NCBI GenBank assembly: GCA_964016885.1
Contig: OZ024742.1
Location: 176,948,001-177,012,000, forward strand
Length of the DNA: 64,000 nucleotides
Direction: 5' to 3'
Source: Eledone cirrhosa
Taxonomy: Eukaryota
Below are positions 36,372 to 48,960 of the stretch, piece by piece (the first letter of the stretch is position 1; every line of letters begins with the position of its first letter). A program made the position numbers and the translations under genes. The notes beneath the pieces were generated by a model. The model made no database searches and was not told where the DNA came from. It was given only the letters and a program-made list of their open reading frames with translations.

Positions 36372-36614
36372 AGTATATATGTGTTCCAATTGCAAATGAC
36401 CAAGTTAGCTAGGTTGAAAAAATGGCTTTCACTTAATAAATCTTGCGGAACAAATTTTGGGTCTTTCCGAGCATCAAAGGCTATTGCCCGATATAGATTT
36501 GTTATTTTTATTGATTTATTACTTTAAATCGAGTCAGACAAACAATATTGTTTTAAATTAGTATTTTTTCAACCTCGCTAACTTGGTCATTTCCAATTGG
36601 AACACGTGTATACT
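36372..36614. mobile_element. MITE with terminal inverted repeats of about 50 bp (Tc1/mariner-like TA context)
   Basis: GTGTTCCAATTGCAAATGACCAAGTTAGCTAGGTTGAAAAAAT (36381-36423) mirrored at 36563-36605 with 2 mismatches. Confidence 0.8.
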
Positions 36615-36629
36615 ATAGTTTTGCTTACA

Positions 36630-39490
36630 CTATTTAAGCAAAAGTTGACAGCGGGGATCATCAACAACAGATGGTGGAGATTCTCAAAAGAAAGATTAGA
36701 GTAACTTCGATAGAGTTCAGCAAAGAACTAGCGTTAGAGAAAAATAGAAAGGAGGGGGAGCTGGTAGAAAAGTTAGACGGGGCTATTTGTAGTGGCATTG
36801 CAACTGACGTGCTAGCGGCGAGAATGGCATTAGACCATTTCTTCAATGCGAGACACAAACGTTGCATTGTCAGAGCTAACGCGCGTGCGCTGAGAAACGA
36901 GGGAACCAAAGCTGTTCGATAGGCCCGCGTGGCGGAGCGCATCGTGGTAATAAAACCACAATTCGGTCTTTGGCGGACCGAGATGGACACGAGATAAGCG
37001 ATTCCAAGCGGATGTGTGTGGCCTTTCGCCAGCACTTTGCTCGGTTGTTCGAGGAGAGTGACGAGTCAGAGAGAGTAGCAGATTTCAGTCCCTATCTTGA
37101 CGGCTTACCGCGCATCTCGACGGTCGAGGCTGAGCGCTGTCAAAGGCCGATTACTTCAGCCGAAATTCAGGACGCCCTTGTCGGCTATATGAGGCGCAAG
37201 TCACCCGCTTTGGATGGCCTGCCCTATGAGCTTTACGTAAATATGCCAGACTTGTTCGCCGATCTCCTCGAAGCACTTTACTGCAACTGGCAGCAGAATG
37301 GGAGTAATCCCAGTACTCTGAGCAGGGGAGTGGTGATGCTGATAAGGAAAGACGAGAACAAGAGGGATACATTAGACAACATCAGGCCCACAACTCTGCT
37401 CAACACAGAGTTTAAGATTTTGGCCAAGGTGTTAGCAAAGAGATTGGCGCTTGTCGTTGAGGATTTGGTTGGGGAGGCGCAAACTTGTGCAATCCCAGCC
37501 AAGGTCCATACACGACAATCTCCACCTCATGCGATACATCATAGAGAGGGTTGGGTGTAAACCTGGCTTCGGTGGGGCACTGATCAATTTAGATCAATCG
37601 AAAACATTCGATAGAGTCGACCATCGGTATCTGGAGTTTGTCCTCAAAGCTTTTGGCCTCGGCCCTGACTTCAGAATCTGGATCGCTGCAATTCACAGCG
37701 GCACACGTTCGGTGGTCAAGGTTAATGGCCACCTCTTGGAACCATTTCGGCTCTCCCGATCGGTCCGTCAAGGGTGTCCTCTCTCTTCCCTTCTGTTCGT
37801 ATTGACTCTCGAGCCTTTACTGCGGAAGCTGGAGTTATTGCAGGGCATCCCACTCTAACCGGGACGTGGAAAGACGGTGTCGGTTTATGCAGACGAGATC
37901 ACCGTGCGGGATGGTGTCGGACACCTCTGAAATCGAGGTGGTCGGCACCTTATTGAAGGAATATGAAAGGCAAGCCGATGCCGTCCAACAGCGGCGTGGG
38001 GCGCTGAACGGACGGACCGGTAAAGTTGCTCGGTTTTGGTTCGGTCCAGACCTCCAGGTTGATAAGAATTGGGACGTGGTAATGAGCAGAGTAGCCAGTC
38101 TCACCCAAAAATGGGCTGGGAGGAAGCTATCACTGAAAGGTTGCACGGAGGTGGCGAATACGTACATCGCGTCCGTCATCTACTACCGCCTGACCGTCGT
38201 GCCTTGCCCCCGTCCGCGCCTCGTCAAGTTGCAACGGCTCCTCTTCAAATTCTTGTGGAAAGGACAAGTTCCGTTGGTGAGGCGGTCCATCTGCTGCCAG
38301 CACCCTCTACGCGGAGGGCTGGGCATGCCGTGGCTAATGATGCGCAGACATGCGCTGAGGCTGCAACATCTCCTGATATTCTGCCTAAACGGTAAACAAG
38401 TGTGGTCGCCATTTATCAGACGGGCCTTTCCGCAGATCGTTTCTTTGACTGAGCTGCAGTTCTGCGTCAAGAAGAGATCGAGACTGGGTGACTGGCACCT
38501 GGAATGTTGCAAGGCACTCACTGACCTCTACCAAGCGGGCAATGCGATCAGTGGAACTACCTCTCGAGTTCTATAGAGGATTAATGGTGGGAAAGTGCGA
38601 TAACGCACTCGGAGAAGCTTTGGGCCTCGACGAAGTCGAACTGACCAGTCTGTACCGGATGACTTTCGAGCCGGGGACGATGGACAATTTCCAGAAATCA
38701 CTCGGTTGGCAGTGCTACTGGAGGGCACTGCCGGTTCGGCATAGACTCTACAAGCATGGAAGTGCTGTCAGACTGACCTGCCCAAGATGGGCATATAGCA
38801 ACGAAACCGTTCTGCACGCACTTGTCCAATGTCCGTGCATTACTGACTTGTGGAGTTATGTCGAACAGCTACACACGCGTGTGGAATGCATCTGGCTATC
38901 GGCCGAGTCCATAGTGAAGATCGATCCACCGCCTTCCTTAAGTCAGGAAGAGCAGGCAATTTTGCACTGTCTGGTGGCCGTTGCGAAAGATGTTATATGG
39001 TGGACCAGATGAAAAGAACTGAAGACGGACACTTTTCTCTTCGGCTAATCCCTCATCAACTTCTTCAAGTTTCACCTGGAAAGGAAGGTGAGGGTGGAGA
39101 GTGAAGTGCTGCCCCCTAGTACATTTACTAAAAGGTGGATGAATGTGGCAAAAATGGCTCGTGTGAATGGGCCTACTCTGACCATGCGCCAATAGACTAG
39201 CTACCTTCATGCAAAGGATGCTCTCTCTGGGCGCTCTCGAAACGCAGGGTGGTTCAGGATTGGTGGGGTACCTGAGTCACCCCTGGGTCGTCCACCCCTT
39301 ATAGGGGAATTTATTTTGTTATATTTATGCACAGTTTATTTATATTTGTATATCTTCATTGTTAAATTAGTCTTGCCAATGTGCACATTTAATCGACCCT
39401 ATTGTAAACCCCCACTGTCCCTGTCTTTGTATTGACCCCTACATGTCGGCCCTTGTGGCTAATAAATGAAATCATTATTATTATTATTAC
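36630..39490 (+). mobile_element. 5'-truncated Tx1-like LINE, second subfamily with (ATT)n tail
   Basis: RT motifs DQSKTFDRVDH and RQGCPLS; homologous to about 12090-14726; AATAAA followed by (ATT)n. Confidence 0.92.
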
Positions 39491-39803
39491 AATCAGGCCC
39501 GATCTTTTTTCTTTGTCCAAAACCACCAGCTCAGGCCTATTGTGTTCTAATTTCTTGTCCGTCTGTGTCCTAAAATCCCATAGCACCTTCACCTGATCGT
39601 TTTCTATCACCGACTCTGGATTATACTGGCTTATGGTAAACAATTTATAACTTCTCCGAATGTGGTAAATTGTTTACTTTGCATAGATGCCAGTGGATCA
39701 CCCTGCCCATCACATCATGTCTCCAGTCGTTATAGGGAGTCTGGCCTAGGTGTTTACACTCGGATACAATGTGAGCCACAGTACCTCTCTCTCTCCACGG
39801 ATC
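39491..39803 (-). mobile_element. Internal fragment of the Dong-like element (zinc finger/RLE region)
   Basis: VLWDFRTQTDKKLEHNRP; homologous to about 45580-45880. Confidence 0.85.
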
Positions 39804-39819
39804 CTTATTATTATTATTA

Positions 39820-42800
39820 TTGTTCTTTGAGTCTCAGTCATTGATGTTATTTAACTGGAATGTTTGTTGAAATGAATATCAAGCCACTACCTGCAGCCTC
39901 AGATATTCAGGACATATCGGAGGGTTCTTGCTGTTTCCAGCAACCATACCCTTTGAGGTGTTCCAAAAAGCGGGGCGGGAACAATTTTCTTTAACTATCC
40001 TTGGAAACTCTTTGAGATAGTGCCTAGTACGCCTATGACAATCGGGACCACTTTGACCTCATGGCAGTTCCAAATCCTTTTTACCTCCCACTTTAAGTCC
40101 TGGTATCGGTTAATTTTCTCCCTCTCCTTCTCTTGCACTCTCGTGTCGAATGGGCAGGCTACATCCACAATGAGCCACGATCTTTTTCCCTTGTCCCAAA
40201 CCACCAGGTTAGGTCTATTGTGTTCCACTTTCTTGTCCCTCTGTATCCTAAAATCACACAGCACCTTCACCTGATCGTTTACCATCACCGACTCTGGCTT
40301 ATGCTCATACCACTCATACCAGAATGTGTTAAATTGTTTACTTTGCATAGGTTCCAGTGGATCACCCTGCCCATCACATCATGTCTCCAGCCTTAATAGT
40401 GAGACTGGGGTAGGTGTTTACGCTCGGATACAATGTGAGCCACAGTCACCTCTCTCTATCCACAGATCCTACAAAGTGGGCTAGCCACCTCCTTGTAAAT
40501 ATGGTGTTTCAGCCATTCCGTTTTGAGGGCCTGCTCTTGCGCAGCCATTAGCATTCCTTCGGTAGCCTTTTTAAGGTCTCCTTTTTCAACCAGTTCCATG
40601 TCTGTGGATCTCTAAATTCAGTTTTCTCAAAGAAGGCACTATGGAGGGATTTTTCATGAAGGTTGTTCTTCTTCCTTGTTGTTATTTCCTCCTTGGACAT
40701 CCCCTGGTATATTGTCCTCTCCTTCAGTACAATTCTGAGCATTGCCTCCCTACTATCAGTCACGTATTTGTGTAGGTTGTTTTTCTTCCTATCCATTTCT
40801 TTTTCTTCAGCAATATTCCACCTCAGAATTCCCGCACTGTACCTAATAATATACACAGCTCGGGAATTTACTGCACTTATGGCATTCCTACTGTTCAGAT
40901 GTGACTTTAATACGCTCCTTACGCCCCGAATGTATTCAGATCTTATCAATTCCATCATTTTTTTGTTCTTAATGTCATCAGACTCCAGAAGACCTAAATA
41001 TTAAGATCGTCCATGAAGAGGAGGTGATTGATGGTAAGCTCTGCCTTTCACAACTTGTATCCTGCTCTCACTTTTCGTATACTTGTCAGGGGGATCAGGG
41101 CAAGGACAAACATCAGAGGGGACAAACTATCTCCGTGAGGATCAAGAGAGGTCTCTTGATCCTCACGCCTCCCAAGGATTCTCCACCCGATGTTAACTCT
41201 GTTTTCCAGGACTTCATACTTTTGCTCAACAACTGTCTGATGTTATCTGCCACCCTGAAGATCCCTAGGCTTTTGGTTATCCAAGAATGAGGTACCATGT
41301 CGAATGCCTTTTTGTATTCTATCCATCCCATGGCAAGACCAGTGTGTCTCCTCCTGCAATTCCTCATTACCATCTTATCAATAAGTAACTGGTCCTTTGT
41401 ATCACGGGACTTCTTTTGGCATCATTTCTGTTCGTCCGGTAACAAGTTGTTTATGTGGAGGTGATGGTAGATTTCATCAGACACAATGCTTGTTAACAGT
41501 TTCCACATTACGGACAGACATGTGATAGGTCTATAGTTGGTAACATCATTACCCTTGGTTCGGTCTTTCATCAAGCAGTCATTGAACATGGTTGTCAGTT
41601 TCGAGTGGAAGGATGTTATTTTTTAATCCAATACCCCTGCACACCATCTGGGCCTGGTGATTTCCAGTTGGTTAGTTTTCTGGCCTGCCCTTTAAGAGTC
41701 TCAACTGTGATACTTAAATCAGTTCGTTGGTGTGCTTGTTCACCAATCTTCTTTTGTACTGTCTCAATCCACACTGTCTGATCATTATGTTAAACATCCT
41801 GCTCCCATATTCCTCTCCAGAATGCATTAGTCTGTTCCGCCTCAGGGATCAAGTCGTTGCCTCTTTCTTTCCCTTCAAGCTGCCCAAACAACATCTGGTT
41901 GTTGTGAAACATGCGGTTCTGTCTATTCTGACTGACTCTGCTCTCATACCGCCTAATATTTGCACTCTTTGCTACAATGCGTTGCTTCAGTTGCTCAATG
42001 ATAATATTTAGCTTTTTCCACCTAATTTTGTACTTTATTTCCAGTCTATGTTTAGTGTCTATGTTTTGTAGTGTCCCATTCAGTAGGGACCCAAACTTTC
42101 CAATGTAATTTCTCATTTCCCTGATTTAACCATTCAGTCGTTTCTTCCACCAAGGTTCTGATCTTTCTTGTTTGTTGTTTCCTCTCGTTTTTATGCCAAG
42201 TAATTTCCTCACCGCATTTGCTGTTGCTTTGAGGATATTGTTGCATTAGTGAAGGTTCCTCGCCTCAAGGTATGGGATGACTTTGTTTACCTTAGCTGTT
42301 GTTTCTTTTAACTTTTTCTTGTCTACAAATCTTAGGTTCATATGTTTCCCACTATCATTTTTCATTTCATCTACCACTAAGTTTAGGATATCAACCAAAT
42401 CTTGTCCTAGCCTGGTAAAATCAGGGAAATGAGAAATGACATTGGAAAGCTTGAGTCCCTACTGAATGGGAGACTACAAAACATAGACACTAAAAATAGA
42501 CTGGAAATGAAGTTCAAAATTAGGAGGAAAAAGCTAATTTCCTCAATGGTCGCATCTTTGTTCCAGATGTTATTTATGTCAGCATTCAGATCATTGTCTG
42601 CTTTGGATGCTTCCTCCGATCTCTTAACCTCTTCACCTTCATTTTCCACTGGCTCGTTTGCCTGGCATACTCCACTCTTCATTTCCAACCTAATCTCTCT
42701 GCTCAGTTCCTCCAATTCCAGTTAGCTTATCCACCTATTAGTTCTTATTACCCGAGCCTGCCCGGTCAAATTTTGTTCATCTAATTTAAATAGACCAATC

Positions 42801-43480
42801 TCGTTCCAGATGTTATGCATCCGTTTCCTATAGTCTTTTTCCTTGGGGTTACTCTACAGGTAACATTGTATAACAGTTCTATTCAATTATTTCGTCCAGT
42901 TGGTTCTTGTCCCTTTCCTTCTTCTTCTTCCTCTAACACCAGCAGTATTTGGATGACAGCCAGGTCCCTGCCGCTGGGCCAGGAGCACCTGCTGAGTGAG
43001 AGCCTGTCACATAACGTTCCAGTCTCCACTTCACCGTTATTCGATCTGTTTAGGTTCGACATTTAAACACTCATATCGAGGATTGGTGAATGTATGGTTA
43101 CATAACCACCGGAGATATCACCACCCAGAGTGATTTCATCACCCCCCGGTGATTTTAGCGTGGCACCATCACGCTGTAGACGAACATAAATAAATAAATA
43201 AATAAACAAATTAGATAAAAACTTTCTAAAATGAACATAAGTTTCATTGTAATGTTTGAATGTCTGACTTAGTTTTGGTTTGTTTGTTTGATTTTTTTCC
43301 TTTGCGTTTTTCGTTTTTCAAGGCAAGTAACACCGGTTACTAGTGTTGTTGTTGTTGCTGCTGCTAAGGGAAGTTGGGGTTGTTGTGTTCAAAACTTTTG
43401 AAATTTGTGTCTGTTGTTTCGTTTGCTTCTGTCTGTGTTCTGTTCGATAATTGTTCGACTTGTTGCTTATCATTATTATT
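39820..43480 (-). mobile_element. Dong/R4-type element, near full length but with deletions and rearrangements
   Basis: Colinear with 45232-48950; (TAA)n at the 3' end and a short TAA tract at the 5' end. Confidence 0.9.
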
Positions 43481-43498
43481 TTTATTCTTCCTTACGGA

Positions 43499-43703
43499 AG
43501 GGCGGTGGATTGGAGGTATCGGACGCCATGCTTTCCATCATAGTTACGTCCCTTTACGATCTGAGTTCAAATCCCGCCGAGGTTGATTTTGCCTTTCATC
43601 CTTACGGGGTCGATAAAATAAAGTACCAAAATAAATGCACTGGTTAATTGCTGGCCTTGTGCTAAAAGTAGAAACATTTATTATTATTATTATTATTATT
43701 ATT
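43499..43703 (+). mobile_element. tRNA-derived SINE (OK-like) with (TTA)n tail
   Basis: GAGTTCAAATCCCGCCGAGGTTGATTTTGCCTTTCATCC body shared with the other copies. Confidence 0.88.
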
Positions 43704-43704
43704 A

Positions 43705-45230
43705 CGTCCAGTTGCTCGGCACCGCTCTCAAGGAATACGAAGCGGTGACAGGAACAAAGATAAAACAGGAAAGGTCGGTGGGCTTGCAGCTCCGCACCTG
43801 GAGAGGCAAGTCCATACCGTCCGACAGCGTCGGGTGGAGGACTGGGCATGCCATTGCTGATGATGCGCAAACATGCGCTGAGGCTGCGGCATCTCTGATG
43901 CCTCCTTGACGGTGAACAGGTGTAGTCGCCGTTCGCCAGGCACGTTTTCCCACAGCTCGTCTCCTTGACGGAGCTGCAGTCCTGGGTCAGAAAAAGACCG
44001 AGGGATAGCGCTTGTATATGGAATGTCTCCAGGCGCTCAATGCCCTCTCCCAGCTCGGCACCAGTATCGGTGGAATATCCACCTCGGCGTTCTATAGAGG
44101 ACTAGTGGAGGGGAGAGAGCGACAACATTCTCGGAGAGATCCTGGGCGTCGAAGAAGATCAGCTGTTTGCTCTCTTCCGGAGAACTTTCAGCCCGGGGCC
44201 TATGGATAAGTTCCAAACATCCCTGGCCTGGCAGTGCTACCGGGGAGGGCTGCCGGTTCGAGATAAGCTCTACAGGCACGGAAGTACCGTCAGCTGAGCC
44301 TGTCCGAGATGCGCGTAGAGCGACGAAACCGTTGTGCACGCACTCTTTCAGTGCCCGAGCATTGCTGACTTGTGGAGCTATGTCGAACAGTTGCTGTCGC
44401 GTGTGGGACAGATCCGGTTGTCGACTGAGTCCATTGTGCAGATGGTCTCGCCGTCTTCCTTCGAGGAGGAAGGGAAGGCGATTTTCATCTGCCTGGTGGC
44501 CATGGCAAAAGAGATTGTGTGGTGGGCAAGGTTAAAAGGGTTAAAGACAGACACTTCCCTCTTCGGCGAAACCCTAATTAACTTTTTCAAGTTTCACTTG
44601 AAGAGGAAAATCAGTGTGGAGAGGCAAGTGCTGCTTTCTAGCAAGTTTGTTGAAAGGTGGGAGAATGTAGCGAGAATGGTCCGAGTGAACGGGAACACTC
44701 TGAATATAGGTCTGTAGTTTGAGGGATGGAATCATTGAGAGTGGGAGCTTGCTCTGGTGGTCAGGGTGGCCGTGGTCTTTTGTGTGGTTTTCGCAACGAG
44801 TAACCCTCGGAGTGTTCCCCCCTATTGGGGAATTTTTCATTGTTTCAATTTTCAATTTTATTGTTTATATATATATATATGTTTCTATGTCTTTTTTTTT
44901 TCTTTTCTGATATACATAATTGTTTCTACTTTTGGCACATGGCCAGCAATTACCCAAAGCATTACTGGTACTTTATTCTATCGACCCCGGAAGGATGAAA
45001 GGCAAAGTTAACCTCGGCGGGATTTTAACTCAGATCATACAGGGAGGTAACTCGATGTTTCAAAGCATGGCATCCGATCCACTACCGATACTTATATAAA
45101 TAATAAAAATGTTTACACGCACAAAACCCATATCGTACCGTCCTGTACCGTCCTGTGCCGTCTGTAATGTTTTTCTTGATGTCAGCCCTTGTGGCCAATA
45201 AAGAAATCATTATTATTATTATTGTTATTG
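43705..45230 (+). mobile_element. 5'-truncated, internally deleted Tx1-like LINE with (ATT)n tail, interrupted by a SINE
   Basis: Homologous to the ORF2 C-terminus of the other two copies; ends GTGGCCAATAAAGAAATC(ATT)n. Confidence 0.88.
44918..45092 (-). mobile_element. tRNA-derived SINE (OK-like) in the LINE 3' UTR
   Basis: Homologous to 3441-3625. Confidence 0.88.
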
Positions 45231-45231
45231 T

Positions 45232-48200
45232 TATTCCTTGAATCTCAGTCATTGATGTTGGTTAACTGGAAAGTCCGTTGGATTGAATATCAAGCCACTA
45301 CCTGCAGCCTCAGATATTCAGGACGTATCGGAGGGTTCTTGCCGTTCCAAGCAAGCATGCCTTTTGAAGCGTTCCAAAAAGCGTGAAGGGGCCGATTTTC
45401 TTTAACCATCCCTGGAAACCTTTGGAGATAGTCCCCAGTGCGCCTATGACAATCGGGATCACTTTGACTTCATGGCAGTTCCAAATCCTTTTCACCTCCC
45501 ACTTTAGGTCCTGGTATCGGTTAATTTTCTCCCTCTCCTTCTCTTGCACTCTCGTGTCGAACGGGCAGGCCACATCCACAATCAGGCACGATCTTTTTTC
45601 TTTGTCCACAACCACCAGGTCAGGTCTATTGTGTTCCAGTTTTTTGTCCGTCTGTATCCTAAAATCCCACAGCACCTTCACCTGACTGTTCTCCATCACC
45701 GCCTCTGGCCTATGCTCATACCATTTCTCAGAATGTGGTAGATTGTTTACTTTGCACAGGTGCCAGTGGATCACCCTGCCCATCACATCGTGTCTCCAGC
45801 CCTTATAGTGGGTCTGGGCTAGGTGTTTACACTCGGACACAATGTGAGCCACAGTCTCCTCTCTCTCTCCACAGATCCTGCACAGTGGGCTAGCCTCCTC
45901 CTTGTAGATATGGTGCTTCAACCACTTCGTTTTGAGGGCCTGCTCCTGCGCAGCCATTAGCATTCCTTCTGTAGCCTTTTTGAGGTCTCCTCTTCTCAAC
46001 CAGTTCCATGTCTGTGGATCTCTAAATTCAGTTTTCTCAAAGAAGGTACTATGAAGGGATTTTCCCTTAAGGCTGCTCTTCCTCCTTGATGTTATTTCCT
46101 CCTTGGGTATCCCCTGGCCTACTCTCCCCTCCTTCAGTACAGCTCTGAGCATTGGCTCCTTACTATAGGTCACGTATTTGTATAGGTTGTTTTTCTCCAT
46201 CTGAACACAGTCCTCTATGCTGATAAGACCTCTTCCACCCTCAGATCTCCTTAGGTAGAGTCTATCGACATCACTCCTCTTGTGGAACATGTTGTAGATA
46301 GTCAATAGCTTCCTAGTCTTCCTATCCATTTCTTTTTGTTCAGCAACATTCCATCTCAGAATTCCCGCACTGTACCTAATAATAGACACAGCTCGGGAAT
46401 TTACTGCGCTTATGGCATTTCTGCTGTTCAGATGTGACTTCAATACGCTCCTTACTCTCCGAATGTATTCAGTTCTTAACAATTCCTTCATTTTTTTGTT
46501 CTTTATGCCATCAGCCTCCAGAACGCCCAAATACTTGTATCCTTCCTCAGAGTCAATTTCCTTTATCATCTCACCTGTTGGTATCTGGATCCCGTTACTT
46601 CTGCTCAACCTACCCCTCCTCATCACAATGACTCCACATTTACCAATACCAAACTGCATACATATATCACTGCTGAAAATACGGACAGTGTCAACAAGCA
46701 CATCCAACTCCTTCTCACTTTTCCCGAAGAGCTTAAGATCGTCCATGAAGAGGAGGTGATTGATGGTAAGCTCTCCCCTTCCCAACTTGTATCCTGCTCT
46801 CACTTTTCGCAGCATAATGGTCAAGGGCATCAGGGCAAGGACAAACAACAGAGGGGACAGGCTATCTCCCTGGAAGATACCTCTCTTGATCTTCACGCTT
46901 CCCAAGGATACTCCAGTTGATGTCAACTCTGTCTCCCAGGACCCCATACTCCTGCCCAGCAACTCTCTGATGTTATCTGCCACCCTGAAGATCTCCAGGC
47001 TTTTGGTGATCCAGGAATGAGGCACCATGTCAAATGCCTTTCTGTAGTCTATCCATCCCATGGCAAGATCAGTGTGTCTCCTCCTGCAATTCCCCATTAC
47101 CATCTTATCAATAAGCAACTGGTCCTTTGTACCACGTGACTTCTTTCGGCATCCTTTCTGTTCGTCCGGCAACAAGTTGTTTGTGTGGAGGTGATGGTAG
47201 ATTTCCTCAGACACAATGCTCGTCAACAGTTTCCACATTACGGGCAGACATGTGATAGGTCTATAGTTGGTAACATCATTACCCTTGATTCGGTCTTTCA
47301 TTATCAGAACTGTGGTACCTTTTGTCAACCACTCTGGCACCTCACCCGACACCAAGCAGTCATTGAACATGGCCGTCAGCTTCGGGTGGAGGGATGTTAA
47401 ATGTTTAATCCAATACCCCTGCACACCATCTGGGCCTGGTGATTTCCAGTTGGTTAGTTTTTTGGCTTGCCCCTTAAGAGTTTCAACTGTGATACTCAAA
47501 TCAGTCTGTTGCTGTGCCTGCTCACCGATCTCCCTCTGTACTGTCTCAATCCACCCTGCCTGGGCATTGTGTCTAACATCCTGCTCCCATATTCCTCTCC
47601 AGAATGTTTTAGCTTGTTCCGCCCCAGGGATCAAGTCGGTGCCTCTTTCTTTCCCCTCAAGCTGTCCAAACAGCATCTTCTGGTTGTTGTCGAACATGCG
47701 GTTCTGTTTATACTGACTGACTCTGTTCTCGTATCGCCTGATTTTGGCACTCTTTGCTACAATGCGTTGCTTCAATTCCTCTATGATAATATTTAGCTTT
47801 TTACTCCTAGTTTTGTATTTTATTTCCAGTCTATTTTTAGTGCCTATGTTTTTTAGTGTCCCATTCAGTAGTGACTCAAGCTTTCCTATGTCATTTCTCA
47901 TTTCCCCGATTTGCCCACTCAGTCGCTTCTTCCACCACGGCTCTGCTCTTTCTTGTCTGTTGTTTCCTCTCGCTTTTATACCAAGTAGTTTCCTCACCGT
48001 ATTTGCTGTTGCTTTGAGGATATTGTTGCACTGGTGAAGACTCCTCGCCTCAAGGTATGGGATGACTTTGTTTACCTTAGCTGTTGTTTCTTTTAACTTT
48101 TTCCTGTCTACAAATCTTAGGTTCATAGGTCTCCCACTATCATTGTTCAACTCATCTACCACTAAATTTAGGATGTCAACCGAATCTTGTCCTAGCCCGT

Positions 48201-48960
48201 CAGCATTCATCTCCTCAGTGGCCGTATCTCTGTTCCAGGTATTATTTATCTCAGTATTCAGATCATTGTCTGCTTCGGGTGGTTCCTCCGCTCTCAGGAC
48301 CTCCTCACCTTCATTTCCCGCCGGCTCGCTTGTCTGGCATACTACACCCGCCATCTCCAAGCCATTCTCTCTGCTCAGTTCCTCCAGTTCCAGCTCGCTT
48401 ATCCACCCATTAGTTCTTATTACCCGAGCCTGCCCGGCCAATTTTTGTTCATCTAATTTAAATAAACCAATCTCGTTCCAGATGTTATGCATCCGTCTCC
48501 TGTAGCCCCTCTCCTTGGGGTTACTTTTCAGGTAGCATTGCATAACAGTTCTATTCAATTCTTTCGTCCAGTTGGTTCTGGCCCCTTTCCTTCTTCTTCT
48601 TCCTCCAACATCAGCAGTATTTCGTTGACAGTCAGGTTCCTGCTGCTGAGCCAGGGGGCACCTGTTGGGTGAGAGTCTGTCACATGACGTTCTAGTCTCC
48701 ATTTCACCGTTATTCGAACTGTTTATGTTCGATATTTAAACACTCTTATCGAGGATTGGCGAATGTATGTTTACATAGCCATCTGTGGATCCGCCATCCC
48801 ACTTGGCCCTTGTGTGGCATTATCACCACGCTGTATACGGACACACATAAACAAACAAACACACGGGCAGAAAGGGCCCCAAAAATGAATAAGCATAAGT
48901 TTCATTGTAATGTAGTATTCGAATGTCTGACTTAGTTTTTGTTTTTTAAGTTTTACTTTT
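45232..48960 (-). mobile_element. Dong/R4-clade non-LTR retrotransposon, apparently intact; 5' boundary uncertain
   Basis: Single long ORF, short 3' UTR ending in (TAA)n, 5' UTR partly shared with 43040-43330. Confidence 0.93.
45310..48702 (-). CDS. 1130-aa retrotransposon polyprotein: N-terminal domain, reverse transcriptase, CCHC finger, restriction-like endonuclease
   Basis: Uninterrupted ORF with KSPGPDG, YRPITCL, WIDYRKAFD, GIFQGDSLSP, LFMDDLK, YLGV, CRIC..HIVSEC, RHD, RPDLVV..IVDVACP and KINRY. Confidence 0.95.
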   Translation of the reverse strand: METRTSCDRLSPNRCPLAQQQEPDCQRNTADVGGRRRRKGARTNWTKELNRTVMQCYLKSNPKERGYRRRMHNIWNEIGLFKLDEQKLAGQARVIRTNGWISELELEELSRENGLEMAGVVCQTSEPAGNEGEEVLRAEEPPEADNDLNTEINNTWNRDTATEEMNADGLGQDSVDILNLVVDELNNDSGRPMNLRFVDRKKLKETTAKVNKVIPYLEARSLHQCNNILKATANTVRKLLGIKARGNNRQERAEPWWKKRLSGQIGEMRNDIGKLESLLNGTLKNIGTKNRLEIKYKTRSKKLNIIIEELKQRIVAKSAKIRRYENRVSQYKQNRMFDNNQKMLFGQLEGKERGTDLIPGAEQAKTFWRGIWEQDVRHNAQAGWIETVQREIGEQAQQQTDLSITVETLKGQAKKLTNWKSPGPDGVQGYWIKHLTSLHPKLTAMFNDCLVSGEVPEWLTKGTTVLIMKDRIKGNDVTNYRPITCLPVMWKLLTSIVSEEIYHHLHTNNLLPDEQKGCRKKSRGTKDQLLIDKMVMGNCRRRHTDLAMGWIDYRKAFDMVPHSWITKSLEIFRVADNIRELLGRSMGSWETELTSTGVSLGSVKIKRGIFQGDSLSPLLFVLALMPLTIMLRKVRAGYKLGRGELTINHLLFMDDLKLFGKSEKELDVLVDTVRIFSSDICMQFGIGKCGVIVMRRGRLSRSNGIQIPTGEMIKEIDSEEGYKYLGVLEADGIKNKKMKELLRTEYIRRVRSVLKSHLNSRNAISAVNSRAVSIIRYSAGILRWNVAEQKEMDRKTRKLLTIYNMFHKRSDVDRLYLRRSEGGRGLISIEDCVQMEKNNLYKYVTYSKEPMLRAVLKEGRVGQGIPKEEITSRRKSSLKGKSLHSTFFEKTEFRDPQTWNWLRRGDLKKATEGMLMAAQEQALKTKWLKHHIYKEEASPLCRICGEREETVAHIVSECKHLAQTHYKGWRHDVMGRVIHWHLCKVNNLPHSEKWYEHRPEAVMENSQVKVLWDFRIQTDKKLEHNRPDLVVVDKEKRSCLIVDVACPFDTRVQEKEREKINRYQDLKWEVKRIWNCHEVKVIPIVIGALGTISKGFQGWLKKIGPFTLFGTLQKACLLGTARTLRYVLNI

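Noticed and set aside
45383-48672. Plus-strand ORFs overlapping the Dong ORF
   Set aside because: Antisense shadows of the real minus-strand ORF.
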